Below, in pieces: positions 51,397 to 63,374 of a DNA stretch of 64,000 bases. The stretch covers positions 11,497,959 through 11,561,958 of the forward strand of contig NC_069005.1 in the NCBI RefSeq assembly GCF_001194135.2, in the 5' to 3' direction. How positions within the stretch are numbered: the stretch's first letter is position 1; each line of letters begins with the position of its first letter. This stretch comes from Octopus bimaculoides. Lineage: Eukaryota. Both the position numbers and the translations under genes were made by a program. A model generated the notes under the pieces. That model was not told the DNA's origin. It saw only the letters and a program-made list of their open reading frames with translations, and made no database searches.

Positions 51397-52929
51397 TAAC
51401 AATAACTTATTCCTTTTCTCACTTATGCAACAACAATAAAAACAACAAAAATAAAGCTGAAGAAGAATACATTCACACTTATATATATTATAGCATACAT
51501 ATATATTTACATGCATATATGTATTTATAATAATAATGATAATAATAATAAGATATATATATATATACATATATACATGTGTATACATATATATATATGC
51601 CATTATATTGCGCAGATAGAGCAGCGGCATACAGCAAAAGCAAAGAATAAGATTTGATGAAGGTAAATGGTGAAGAGGTGAATTCTGCTAATCATGAGTC
51701 AACCAAAAGTTTCACAAGAGTTGCCAAAATAACAAGAATTTATTCAATACAAAGCTAAAAATAATTATAAATGATACATATAAACTTAAAAAGTTAATCT
51801 GTAATTAGAAATATTAAAATCTTTATAATGAATAAGAAAAAAAAAAGAAAGAAAAAAACATATATTTTATAAATTGCCTTCTTTGATTTTTGATTTAATA
51901 TCCAAACTTCTAATCTAGATATAATTATCTCCCTTACAATAACTGGCCACCAGGTTGCACCACATATTTAAGATATTTAAATAGTTTTTCTAAAAAACAT
52001 AAAATAAATATAATGTAACTTTTGTTTAAAAAAAAGACAAAAAGAAAAACATTTCACGAATGTCTTGTAAACTGTAATTATTTTCCATCTATAAGAAATG
52101 TCTTGCTTTTTAAAATGTTTAATGTAGTTTAACTTATTTAACTTGAGCTATATCACACTGATGATTTGAAATAAGAATGAAATGGTGCTATGCGTAATTA
52201 CCTATAATTAGAAATTCCAAGACCTTTGTAATGAGTTAGATAATAGCTAGATATGCATATTTGATACATCTTCATTGCTTTTTGATTTAAAATTCAAATT
52301 TCTTGTTAAAATTTTGCACAGTGAAACTTTTACTAAAATAAAACTTTAACTAAATGAATTTTTTTTCCCAAACATGATTTATGTTAAAACAAGACTTTTG
52401 CAAAAATAATAAAAGTTTCAAAGTATCTTAATTTTTCTTTCTTTTGTAAAATTAGAATTTTGTTTAGATAAAAAGATTTCTGTTAAAATAAAACTTTTGC
52501 CAAAATGCAAATTTCACTGAAACATAATCTCAATTTCTAGTAAATTTAATAATATTTTTTTCTAAAAAAACTCATAGCATTTTAAAAACTATTTCACTTA
52601 TTACCTTTACTCTCAATATGACCCTAATTTTTTTTTCTTTTTATCCTACTAAGATGACAACGTTGACAATGGTGATGATGACGATGACAACCATGATCAC
52701 CACGACCACCACCAAATTCTCCACTATCATTATTTCCACAATTATTTCCACAACTAGCACAATCAGCACTGGAGCTGCTACGTGGTCATATGAACTGCTA
52801 GAAATAGAAGCCAAACCTTCCTCAAATAACATCCTCACCATCCTAGAAACGAAAACATTGGATAATGTTGCCCTGTGGCTTCTTGCACATTGGGAAAAGA
52901 TGACACTGTCACAGGTGGAAAGCTTTTAA

Positions 52930-53830
52930 CCATAGATGTGCTCATTCACATTCAGCCTAGGGCTAAACAACAGCTCTCCTCAAATCTCAAGAGTTTTTCT
53001 TAAGATTCTTGCAGAATATAGGATGGTACTCCCTGCAGGACATTTCTTGCAGTTTTTCAGGCAGCATTTTGGATGTTGCACCAAGTGCACCTTTTACTAC
53101 AGGAATAATTGTTATCTTGGTCTTCCACAGTCTCCTCAGCACTCTGGCTAGATTTTGGGATTTCTCAATAATTTCAGTTTCCTTGGTATTGACCCTACTA
53201 TCATAGAAAATTGAAAAGTCTGCAGTCAGCTGGCAGAAATGTTAGCGCGCCGGGCAAAATGCTTTGCGGTATTTCATCTGTCTTTACGTTCTGAGTTCAA
53301 ATTCCGCCGAGGTCGACTTGGCATTTCATTCTTTTGGGGTCGATAAATTAAGTACCAGTTATGCACTGGGGTCGATGTAATCGACTTAATCCCTTTGTCT
53401 GTCCTTCTTCGTCCCCTCTATGTTTAACCCCCTGTGAGCAATAAAGAAATAAGAAAATTGAAAAGTCTTGTACTGTTTGCTTATTTTGTCCTCTACAATC
53501 ATGTCTGGTCTTCTTGCCTCAATAGTATGGTCAGCCTTTAAAGTAAAGTACTACAAGATGTTGTAATTCTCGTTTCCTATCACAGCCTCTAGTTCCTGTT
53601 TATTTTTTTCCTTTTTTTGAAGCCACACTCTTGACTGACATCCTAATGCACCTTTTAACCTACAGTCATATCTACACTTGCATCCCATTTGTGCTAGTCT
53701 ACTGCACTTACTCAAAACGTGATCAATACTCTCATCTCCTTTTCTGCAGATTATATATTTGTTGTCTGACTGAGCTTTGATGATCTTTACCTTCATCAAA
53801 GCTTTCATCCAGTTGTGCCCTAGAATCAAT
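52930..53830 (-). mobile_element. R4/Dong-clade LINE fragment (CCHC knuckle plus endonuclease), split by a SINE
   Basis: CRKGDESIDHVLSKCSRLA...ENYNIL, then after the SINE DSRVNTKETEIIEKSQNLARVLRRLWKTKITIIPVVKGALGA. Confidence 0.85.
53222..53451 (+). mobile_element. Second tRNA-derived SINE family, young copy nested in the R4 LINE
   Basis: GAGTTCAAATTCCGCCGAGGTCGAC B-box region; perfect 17-bp TSD AGAAAATTGAAAAGTCT. Confidence 0.9.
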
Positions 53831-54556
53831 GCAATCGAGTAGCATCACTCTCCTAAAAAATTTCAGGCCTTGTACCTATACTAAAGAGGATTGTTATTGC
53901 TGTTATCATTATAGTAGTGGCCAGTGGAATTTGTAGAATGCTGGACAAAGTAACTTGTACTGTTTAGCTACTTAGTTATCATCATCCTCATCATCATCAT
54001 CGTTTAATATCCGCTTTCCATGGGTTGGACGATTTGACTGAGGACTGGTGAAACCAGAAGGCTGCACCAGGCTCCAATCTGATTTGGCAGAGTTTTTACA
54101 GCTGGATGCCCTTCCTAACGCNNNNNNNNNNGCACCAGGCTCCAATCTGATTTGGCAGAGTTTTTACAGCTGGATGCCCTTCCTAACGCCAACCACTCCG
54201 AGAGTGTAGTAGGTGCTTTTACGTGTCACTGGCATGAAGGCCAATCAGGCGATACTGGCAACGGCCACACTGAAAATGGTGTATTTTATGTGCCACCAGC
54301 ACATGTGAGCACAATGCTGTGAGCACAAGAGCCAGAGAGGCGAAGCTGGGCACAGGTGCCATCCCATCCCTTTATATTCTTCCTTTAAAACATTGCGAAG
54401 TTTGATTTTGCTTCTCTTCCTGTTTTGGTCAAAAAAACGAAGTACTAGCAACATAATGCTGGGTCTAATTCAATGATCAAAGACAATCCAACCGTAGCCA
54501 TACCATATTAACACTTTAAAGTTTGGCAGTGAAAGATAATGTCATGCATGAAGAAT

Positions 54557-54932
54557 GTGGAGGCGTAATGGCCCAGTGGTTAGGGCAGTGGACTCGCAGT
54601 CATAGGATCGCGGTTTCGATTCCCAGACCGGGTGTTGTGAGTATTTATTGAGCGAAAACACCTAAAGCTCCACGAGGCTCTGGCAGGGGATGGTGGCGAA
54701 CCCTGCTGTACTCTTCCACCACAACTTTCTCTCACTCTTACTTCCTGTTTCTCTTGTGCCTGTAATTCAAAGGGTCAACCTTGTCACACTGTGTCACGCT
54801 GAATATCTTCGAGAACTACGTCAAGGGTACACGTGTCTGTGGAGTGCTCAGCCACTTGCACGTTAATTTCACGAGCAGGCTGTTCCGTTGATCGCACCAA
54901 CTGGAACCCTCGACGTCGTAGGTGACGGAGTG
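54557..54932 (+). mobile_element. tRNA-Arg-headed SINE, full length
   Basis: Same consensus; TSD TGCATGAAGAAT. Confidence 0.9.
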
Positions 54933-55240
54933 CATGAAGAATAAAATCTGACAAACTAACACCATGACTCAAAGCTAATAAGAATCAACACACCTATATA
55001 TACACACATACAAAGACACACACTTACATGGCTACAGACTGGTGCCACATCCACATGATGATGAGACCACTACAGAGCATTGTCATAGAAATGCACCCCT
55101 CTCCAAGAGCCCCTCCTTAGCTAAACTTCATCTTGACCTTCCTAGTATGAGTAAGTATATACACAAACACACACACACAATTGCACATACAGATGCACTA
55201 ACACTTAAAGCTATGAGTACACGTGTACCAAGATTAAGAC

Positions 55241-55282
<42 letters not shown>

Positions 55283-55441
55283 GTGTGTGTGTGTGTATAT
55301 ATGTGTGTGTGTTTATACAATCACATAACAACATATTCAGACTGTACAAACATGCAGAACACAAAATAAGTCATACATCTGTGTGTGTATGTTTGTGCAT
55401 GTATGTCTTTCTATCTCCCACTCTCTCTCTTTTTCTCTCTC

Positions 55442-55482
<41 letters not shown>

Positions 55483-55519
55483 NNNNNNNNNNTGTAAACA
55501 TACATTAATACATATACAA

Positions 55520-55585
<66 letters not shown>

Positions 55586-55784
55586 GCATGTTGTGCATAT
55601 ATATATATGTGCATTTATATACATTGTATACATGTACGTGTGTATGATGTATCTATGTAAATACACACACATACACACATGCACAAACACACATAAACAC
55701 ACACATGGACACGAGCACATACATTCACCACCAAGAAACCATCGGCATCACATATACACATACCGACATAAATGCACACATACA

Positions 55785-55825
<41 letters not shown>

Positions 55826-56039
55826 ACTCACAGATATGTGTGTGTGTGAGTGCATGTATGAGTGTGCACACACTCGCACACACGTGTGCACACTCATACA
55901 GGCACACACACACATCATGTGAAAAGCCAGAAGTTACATTTACTGTAGAATAAGATTCCTTTCGGAAAACTTCTAGTTTTTAGCCAGACGTATGGATTCT
56001 GGTTCACTTATTGATTGAAAGCAACAACAACTAAAACAA

Positions 56040-56142
56040 AAACAACCAAAACTGCTACAACAATGACAATCATCTACCACCACCACCACTACCACCATTA
56101 CTTCTATCAACTATAAACAATTACTTAATAACCACCACCACC

Positions 56143-56174
<32 letters not shown>

Positions 56175-56196
56175 CAACTTTACTACTACTACTACT

Positions 56197-56229
<33 letters not shown>

Positions 56230-57290
56230 ATTATCTTCACTTACCAACCCTATTACATCAATATCATTATTCAACTGTCACCACCATGAAAACTATCATT
56301 CCTCTACTACCAACGCCACCACCACCACCACCACTGCTGCCGCCGCCACTGCCGCAGACACCATCATCGCCACCACCACAACAACTACCGCTAGTAAAGC
56401 CATCAAAGCTATTACAGCGCTCATTCATAACCGACACCAGTACTACTACCATCGCCACAACAACCTCAGTACCACTGCTATCAACCACCACCACCACTAC
56501 AACCATTAGAACCACCATGAACTCCATGTTATCTACATTAATGATACCTGTCAACACAATAAAATCGCCACCAACTTTCAGCCACCACCACCAATCTACT
56601 ACCACAGTGTTAGTACCAACACCATCAGAATGACTTCAATGCTATCTCATCAAGTACCATCACCCCGACTACTACAATATGATCCCATATGCTACTATCA
56701 ACCACTTTTTACAGCCACCACCACCACCACTACCACATCTTCACTTTCCAACCCTCAGTACCCCCATCCCACACAGTTTCATTACCTGCACCATTACAAA
56801 CTAAACACCATCCCGTCTGCTACCACTGGACCCGCCAGCACCATGACCACCACTACAATCATAATAATAATACTACTATCATCATCATCATCATCATCTC
56901 AAATACAAATATCATCCCATCATTTATGACAATGATATCACCATTATGACCACAAGACCACCACCACCACCACCACCACCACTACAGAAAACACAATACC
57001 ATTCAGTCTATTACAACTACCACTACTACCAACTAAGAACTATCCTCATGACTACAACAATACCATTCCATCAACCATCAGCAGCAGCTGCATCCCGCCC
57101 TGCCATCGCTACCACCACCACCACCACCACCACCACCACCACTACCATCACTACCACAAGCAACAACCCATCCTACCTCACCATCACCAGCCAACTCCTT
57201 CACCGTCCCCATCCCACCACCTTTCCCACATGTGTAAACTCACACCCCCCACGACACCCACAGCAAACAAAAAAAAAATCAATACATTAG
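56040..57290. repeat. Degenerate (ACC/ACT/CAT)n low-complexity mosaic
   Basis: About 1.25 kb of C/A-rich, G-poor trinucleotide runs. Confidence 0.9.
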
Positions 57291-57724
57291 CCTACTAATG
57301 TAGCAACCAGCGGTGGGTTAATCTACCATTAATAACATTACAGTAGCAAGTCTAAGACCTTCTCAGATGCCAGTTCCATACAAGCTAAATGCATCGCATC
57401 AGAGTTCTGACGCTCGTTGCTGCACCAAATGCATCCTGACAGCTGTTTTCAGTTTTCCTTGCATTGTGTTTGTGTGTTTGTGATCTGTTTGTTTTCACTG
57501 TGTGATAATAATAGACTTTTGCACAGATTTACTTCATATTCAGTTTGTTTCCGCGTGTGCATGCACGCATGTGGATATGTGTTCGCTTGTGTGTATTTGT
57601 ATGTGTGTGTTTGTGTGTGTGTGAGTATGTTTGTGTGTGTCCCTATGGGTGTGTGCATTTGTGTGTGTATATAACAATATCTCTCTACAGTATATACATA
57701 TGTATGCATATTACAGGTACACAT

Positions 57725-58074
57725 GGAGGCACAATGGCCCAGTGGTTAGGGCAGCGGACTCGCGGTCATAGGATCGCGGTTTCGATTCCGAGACCGGACG
57801 TTGTGAGTGTTTATTGAGCGAAAACACCTAAAGCTCCACGTGGCTCTGGCAGGGGATGGTGGCAAACCCTGCTGTACTCTTTCACCACAACTTTCTCTCA
57901 CTCTTACTTCCTGTTTCTCTTGTGCCTGTAATTCAAAGGGTCAGCCTTGTCACACTGTGTCACGCTGAACATCCCCGAGAACTACGTTAAGGGTACACGT
58001 GTCTGTGGAGTGCTCAGCCACTTGCACGTTAATTTCATGAGCAGGCTGTTCCATTGATCGGATCAACTGGAACC
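57725..58074 (+). mobile_element. tRNA-Arg-headed SINE (3' end in gap)
   Basis: Near-identical to the other copies. Confidence 0.9.
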
Positions 58075-58225
58075 NNNNNNNNNNNNNNNNNNNNNNNNNN
58101 NNNNNNNNNNNNNNNNNNNNNNNNNNNNNNNNNNNNNTACACATAAACACATGTATGTATGTATGTGTGTGCACACATGTTCCAGTGTTAATTATACACA
58201 TATACCCACATATATAAATGCATCC

Positions 58226-58275
<50 letters not shown>

Positions 58276-58317
58276 CAAATGAAAGACAGAAGATGGAACA
58301 TATGAGAATTTATTGTT

Positions 58318-58427
58318 AAACATGACAGTTATTTCGACACACCTAGCATAGATTCCTCTTGGGTGGGACACTCAACAACTGATTCAGGAGCATCCAGTGG
58401 TGCAGATGTATCTTGTCAGGTGATAAA
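58318..58427 (-). ncRNA. Degenerate hammerhead ribozyme (Penelope-like repeat)
   Basis: Minus strand CUGACAA (G8>A), 8-bp stem II GAUACAUC/GGUGUGUC, GAAA, UAACUG-UC; stem I poorly paired. Confidence 0.4.
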
Positions 58428-59542
58428 TAAACACAACTCATTAAAATGACTGTTCCGCAATGTAACTTTCTATTTTGTAGAGAGAAAAGCAGCCAGACGG
58501 AGGAGATATCTTTATTTATATAGAAGATCAAAAATAAAATCACAGATGGCAAAAAGTGAAATGAACACACAATCTAGTGACAAAAGCATATATATATAAT
58601 CCAGCAAGAAAAGTATAAATATATATATATATTTATATAAATATATATGCTACAGGCTTCTTTCAGTTTCCTTCAACCAAAACCACTCATAAGGCATTGG
58701 TCAGCCTAAAGCTAAAGTAAAAGACATTTGGCCAAACTGTCATGTACTGAGACTGAACCCAACACCACAAGGTTGGCAAACAAGCCTTTTAAACACAGCA
58801 CTGTATAATACATACATATCTACATCCATACACACATAGATACATATATATACACACACACACACATATATAAAATATACATATATATATATACACTTAC
58901 ATATGAATTTAAATTTCAGAGTTGTCTATCTTGCCTTTAATAAAAATTACCATTAACAGCAATAATTTTTTCCTTTCATTACAGATGTAATGTTAAGTTA
59001 AAATTTCTTTTAATGGTATTCAGAGCCTATAAGTTAACTTAGCTACTATTTTATTATATGTCATTTATGCTCAAGATATCTCTGGGAAATTTTTCCCAAG
59101 TCATTATTTTGAATTGCTTTATGAATAAGTACTTTTCACTAAATATTTAAATTACATTTCTGGTGAGTTAACTTGGGCTACCTTGATGACAATGTAACCT
59201 CCATTTAACTAAGGTATCTTTAACCTGATGAGTGGAGTACTCCTCATTGAGCAATTATTACTTCCGAGGTTCTGTTCACTAGGAAACATCTGTAGCCTGA
59301 GTTTTACCTGCAACATTTCCTCAATTCGGATTTTTATTCACATTCATAGCAACCCTACTTTCTAACTGTGAACTATAAAAACTTTCTAAGCTTATGAAAC
59401 TTTGATATGGGAAAAACCTACAACCTTCTACACCAATAAACAACTATTGTTCCTGAAAGTTCTTCTTTATACCTGCTATGGACTGCTTGAAGCTTACTAA
59501 CTTCCTACACCTGGATCCTTGGAACTTACAATTACATATCAT

Positions 59543-59581
<39 letters not shown>

Positions 59582-59585
<4 letters not shown>

Positions 59586-59896
59586 AGGTGCAATGACCCA
59601 GTGGTTAGGGAAGCAGACTCGTGGTCGAAGGATTGCGGTTTCGATTCCCAGACCGGGCGTTGTGTGTGTTTATTGAGCGAAAACACCAAAAGCTCCACAG
59701 GGCTCTGGCAGAGGGTGGTGGCGACCCCTGTTGTACTCCTTCGCCCCAACTATCTCTCACTCTTTCTTCCTGTTTCTTGAGTAAAGCTGCGATGGACTGG
59801 CGTCCTGTCCAGCTGGTGGTGGTGGTGGGAGGGAACACATGCGCCATAGAAACCGGGAAACTGGGCCCATGAGCCTGGCTAGGCTTTAAAAGGGCG
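59582..59896 (+). mobile_element. SINE with the same head/body but a different 3' module
   Basis: Matches the family to ~59770, then GCGATGGACTGGCGTCCTGTCCAG...AGAAACCGGGAAACTGGG instead of the usual tail. Confidence 0.8.
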
Positions 59897-60409
59897 CTAT
59901 AGATATATATATATAATATGTGGTGTGCTCTTGGGCTCCTGGTGGTCAACCGTTACAGGGGAGACAAGTTCCCCTAAATTAAGTTAAGTTGAGGCTAGTT
60001 TTAATGTCTAGAATTTATTCCGAAGAGTAAAGTATAAGATGTAGAGAGTATACAACTTTGATAGTTTTATTCTACATGTTATTTCTAGTTGGACGTTGGA
60101 GAGTGTGAGTTGTACAATATCTTGATGGGGTGGATCTAACAGAACTCAAACATAGCCAGAGTTAAAGCTATATGCAATAAAAAGAGATGCAGTCCTCACC
60201 ATACACCTACATACAATTTTTGAACAATTAAAATTGAAGAGTCATCTCCCTTGCCTCTTGACATGAATTAGCACTAATGTGCATGAACGTGTATTGGCCA
60301 TTGTTTGCCATGTTTTCAAATTATAAATCCACTGTACTGTTTTAAAAATATTAATTGTAGAACTGTTTCTGTAATTTGGCAACTTTTGCATACAGTTGGT
60401 AGACACATA

Positions 60410-61252
60410 CAGAAAGAGGGGGAGAGAGAGGAGTAAGAAAAAGGGATGAAGAAAAGAAGAGCAGAGAGAAGAAGGGGGAGTGGGAAAAAGGTGAAGAAGA
60501 AAAGAGAAGGAAGTGGTAAATGAAGGTAGAGTGGTGAAAAAGGGATACATGAGAGTGAGAGAGAGGTACAAAAATAAAGTGAAACAGAGCAAAAGAAAGA
60601 GATAGATAAATAGAGAGTGAGAGTAGATAAATAGTAATAAGAAAGGGGAACAGAGGAGAAAGAGAGAGAGAGAGATAAAGACATAGAAAGAGAAGAGAGA
60701 GATAAAGACATAGAAAGAGAGAGAGAGAGAGAGAGAGATAAAGACATAGAAAGAGAGGGAGAGAGAGAGATTAAGAGATATATATAGAGAAAAAGATAAA
60801 GAGAAAGTAAAAGCAAATTAAGATAAAAAGAGAGAAAGAATGGAGAAGAGAGAGAGAGAGAGAGAGGGAGGAAGACAAACAAACAGACAGAAAAAGAGAT
60901 AAAATGGAGACAGTGAGACATAGAGAGAAAGAGAAAGGTAGATATAGATTGAAATAGAGTGAAAGACAATGACAGAGAGAGAGAAAGAAAACAAAAGCGG
61001 GAGAGAGAAAGAAAGAATGAAAGAAAGAAAGAAAGAAAAAGAGAGAAAGAAAGAAAGAAAGAAAGGTAGGAAGAAAGAAAGGTAGGAAGAAAGAAAGAAA
61101 GGAAGAAAGAAAGAAAGGAAGAAAGAAAGAGATAGGTAAAGAAAAAGAGAGAGAAGGAAAGACAAAGAGAAAGAAAGAAAGAAAGAAAGGAAGAAATGTA
61201 GTAAGAAAGAAAGAAAGGAAGAAAGGTAGTAAGAAAGAAAGGAAGGAAGGAA

Positions 61253-61309
<57 letters not shown>

Positions 61310-61411
61310 GTAGTAAGAAAGAAAGAAAGAAAGAAAGGTAGTAAGAAAGAAAGGAAGGAAGGAAGAAAGAAAGAGATAGGTAAAGAAAAAGAGAGAGAAG
61401 GAAAGACAGAG

Positions 61412-61450
<39 letters not shown>

Positions 61451-61606
61451 GAGGAAAACAGAGAGAAAGAAAGAGGGAGAAAGAGAATGGAAGAAAGAAA
61501 GAAAAGAGAGTAAGAGTAAGAATGAGAAATAGAGAGAGAGAGTGAGAGTGAGAAATTGAGAAAGAGATAATAAGAGAAAGAGAGAGAAAGATAGGGAGAA
61601 AGTAAA

Positions 61607-61637
<31 letters not shown>

Positions 61638-61665
61638 GAATAAGAGAGGGGAGAGAGAGAGAGGC
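60410..61665. repeat. Polypurine (GA)n/(GAAA)n tract
   Basis: About 1.25 kb almost free of pyrimidines on the plus strand. Confidence 0.95.
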
Positions 61666-61763
61666 TGACTCTAAATCTGGTGCAGGGCAAGTGATGAATA
61701 ATACTGGTTGAATAGTGAGTTTGGCACTTCAGGGGGTTTTAATCTTGAGAAGCGAATAGCTAC

Positions 61764-62106
61764 CTGTTCGAGTGTACTTTCTGGCAAGCACCTTACCATC
61801 TTGGGAGACAGTCACCTCCTTGACTGTCTCCTGCCTTTCGTCCTGAAGGATGGTCTTGTGTGTCTCTGTACCATCGTAATTCTTCACACACATCGTCAAA
61901 GAGGTCTGTGATGCGACGGGTCGAAAGTCAGTCTCCACCTTCAGCAGTAACGTTGGCGGCGATTGGTTGGCAGTGCTGCTGCTGCTGTTGTTGCTTTTGT
62001 TATTGTTGTTGATGTTGGTGTTGTTGGTATTGGTGCTGCTTGTATTGTTGCTGCTGTGGCTGTTGTTGTCATTGTTGTTGTTCACTGTTGAGACATGTGG
62101 CACCAC
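61764..62106 (-). CDS. Metallopeptidase exon: Asn/Ser/Thr-rich linker
   Basis: Strong acceptor tttccttgcatag|GTG (phase 0, matches previous donor); open frame VVPHVSTVNNNN...ETVKEVTVSQD(GKVLARKYTRT). Two possible phase-1 donors: ATG|GTAAGG at 61797 and CAG|GTAGCT at 61764. Confidence 0.8.
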
Positions 62107-62432
62107 CTATGCAAGGAAAGATGAAGCAAAAACAAAAAGACAAAAATTGCAAAATTTAAGTGGAAACAACAACAGCAATAATAAATAACAGTGAAAAAAG
62201 TGTGACCCTATCAGGGAGGCATGCCCTACAACAGCCATGGACAAACTGCAACCCTTAGGGCTTTCTAAATGGTACGCCTAACACAAAATTAATTTTGAAA
62301 CTTTTTGTTGGAGCAACCCACCAGATGATAAGCCATGTTTCATGTAGCCCACTTCTTGGGAAAGGTTGTCCATGCCTGCTCTATATGTTTGTATGACCTG
62401 CTGGAAATAGCAGCCAACTCTTCCTCAAACAT

Positions 62433-62812
62433 GTTGGCACTCCGTCGCTTACGGCGTCGGGGGTTCCAGTTGATCTGATCAACGGAACAGCCTGCTCGTG
62501 AAATTAACGTGCAAGTGGCTGAGCACTCCACAGACACGTGTACCCTTAACGTAGTTCTCGGGGATATTCAGCGTGACACAGTGTGACAAGGCTGACCCCT
62601 TTGAATTACAGGCACAATAGAAACAGGAAGTAAGAGTGAGAGAAAGTTGTGGTGAAAAAGTACAGCAGGGTTCGCCACCATCCCCTGCTGGAGCCTCATG
62701 GAGCTTTAAGTGTTTTCGCTCAATAAACACTCACAACGCCCGGTCTGGGAATCGAAACCGCAATCCTATGACCGCGAGTCCGCTGCCCTAACCACTGGGC
62801 CATTGCGCCTCC
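62433..62812 (-). mobile_element. tRNA-Arg-headed SINE, full length, intronic
   Basis: 12-bp TSD TTCCTCAAACAT. Confidence 0.9.
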
Positions 62813-63374
62813 TTCCTCAAACATAGGAAAAAAACAACAGTTACAACCAGAATGATCATAGGTCTGTTCAATCAATGCAGGCTTGTCTCAATGGTAAAGA
62901 TGTTTGCTTTGCAGCCATGATGTCCTATGTTTAGTCCCAATGCACAGCATCATGAGCGAGTGTTTTACCATTACATTACTGTGTTGCTACTTAGCCCCTG
63001 GTCAGTTTTGATCCAGTAAACCAATGATTAAGCACCTTCCATCTATGACCATTCCATCTAATTTTTTGTTTTGACCAACTGCGTGAGTGGATTTGGTAGA
63101 TGGAAACTGAAAGAAGCCTGTTATGTACATACATATGTGTGGGTATGTGTGCATTCCCCACACCACTTGACAACTTGTGTTGGTGTGCTTAACTTAGTGG
63201 TCTGGCAAAAGAGACCGACAGAATAGGTACCAGGCTTAAAAAACAAGTTCTGGGGTTGATTCATTCAACTAAAGTTCTTCAAGGTTGTGCCCCAGCATGG
63301 CCAGTCTAATGACTGATACAAGTAAGAGATAAAAGATAAAAGATGATATAAAAACAGAAAAGGAAGGTTCTTAC

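Noticed and set aside
1218-51630. Long ORF-track entries containing X runs (for example 5999-7045, 11470-12420, 24598-25551, 50673-51630)
   Set aside because: They are open only because N-gaps contain no stops; the flanks are microsatellites.
58344-58411. Phase 1-1 open segment DTSAPLDAPESVVECPTQEESML as an extra peptidase exon
   Set aside because: Weak AAG acceptor, and it coincides with stem II and its loop in the degenerate hammerhead repeat.
59170-59300. Plus-strand CUGAUGA...GUGGA/UUCAC...GAAACAUCUGUA hammerhead-like string
   Set aside because: Three extra bases before GAAA and no stem I adjacent to the core; at best a heavily decayed relic.
60316-61690. 217-aa and 290-aa Ser/Phe/Leu-rich ORFs, and the many YIYI/CVCV/THTH ORFs elsewhere
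   Set aside because: Translations of (CT)n, (CTTT)n, (TA)n and (CA)n repeats.
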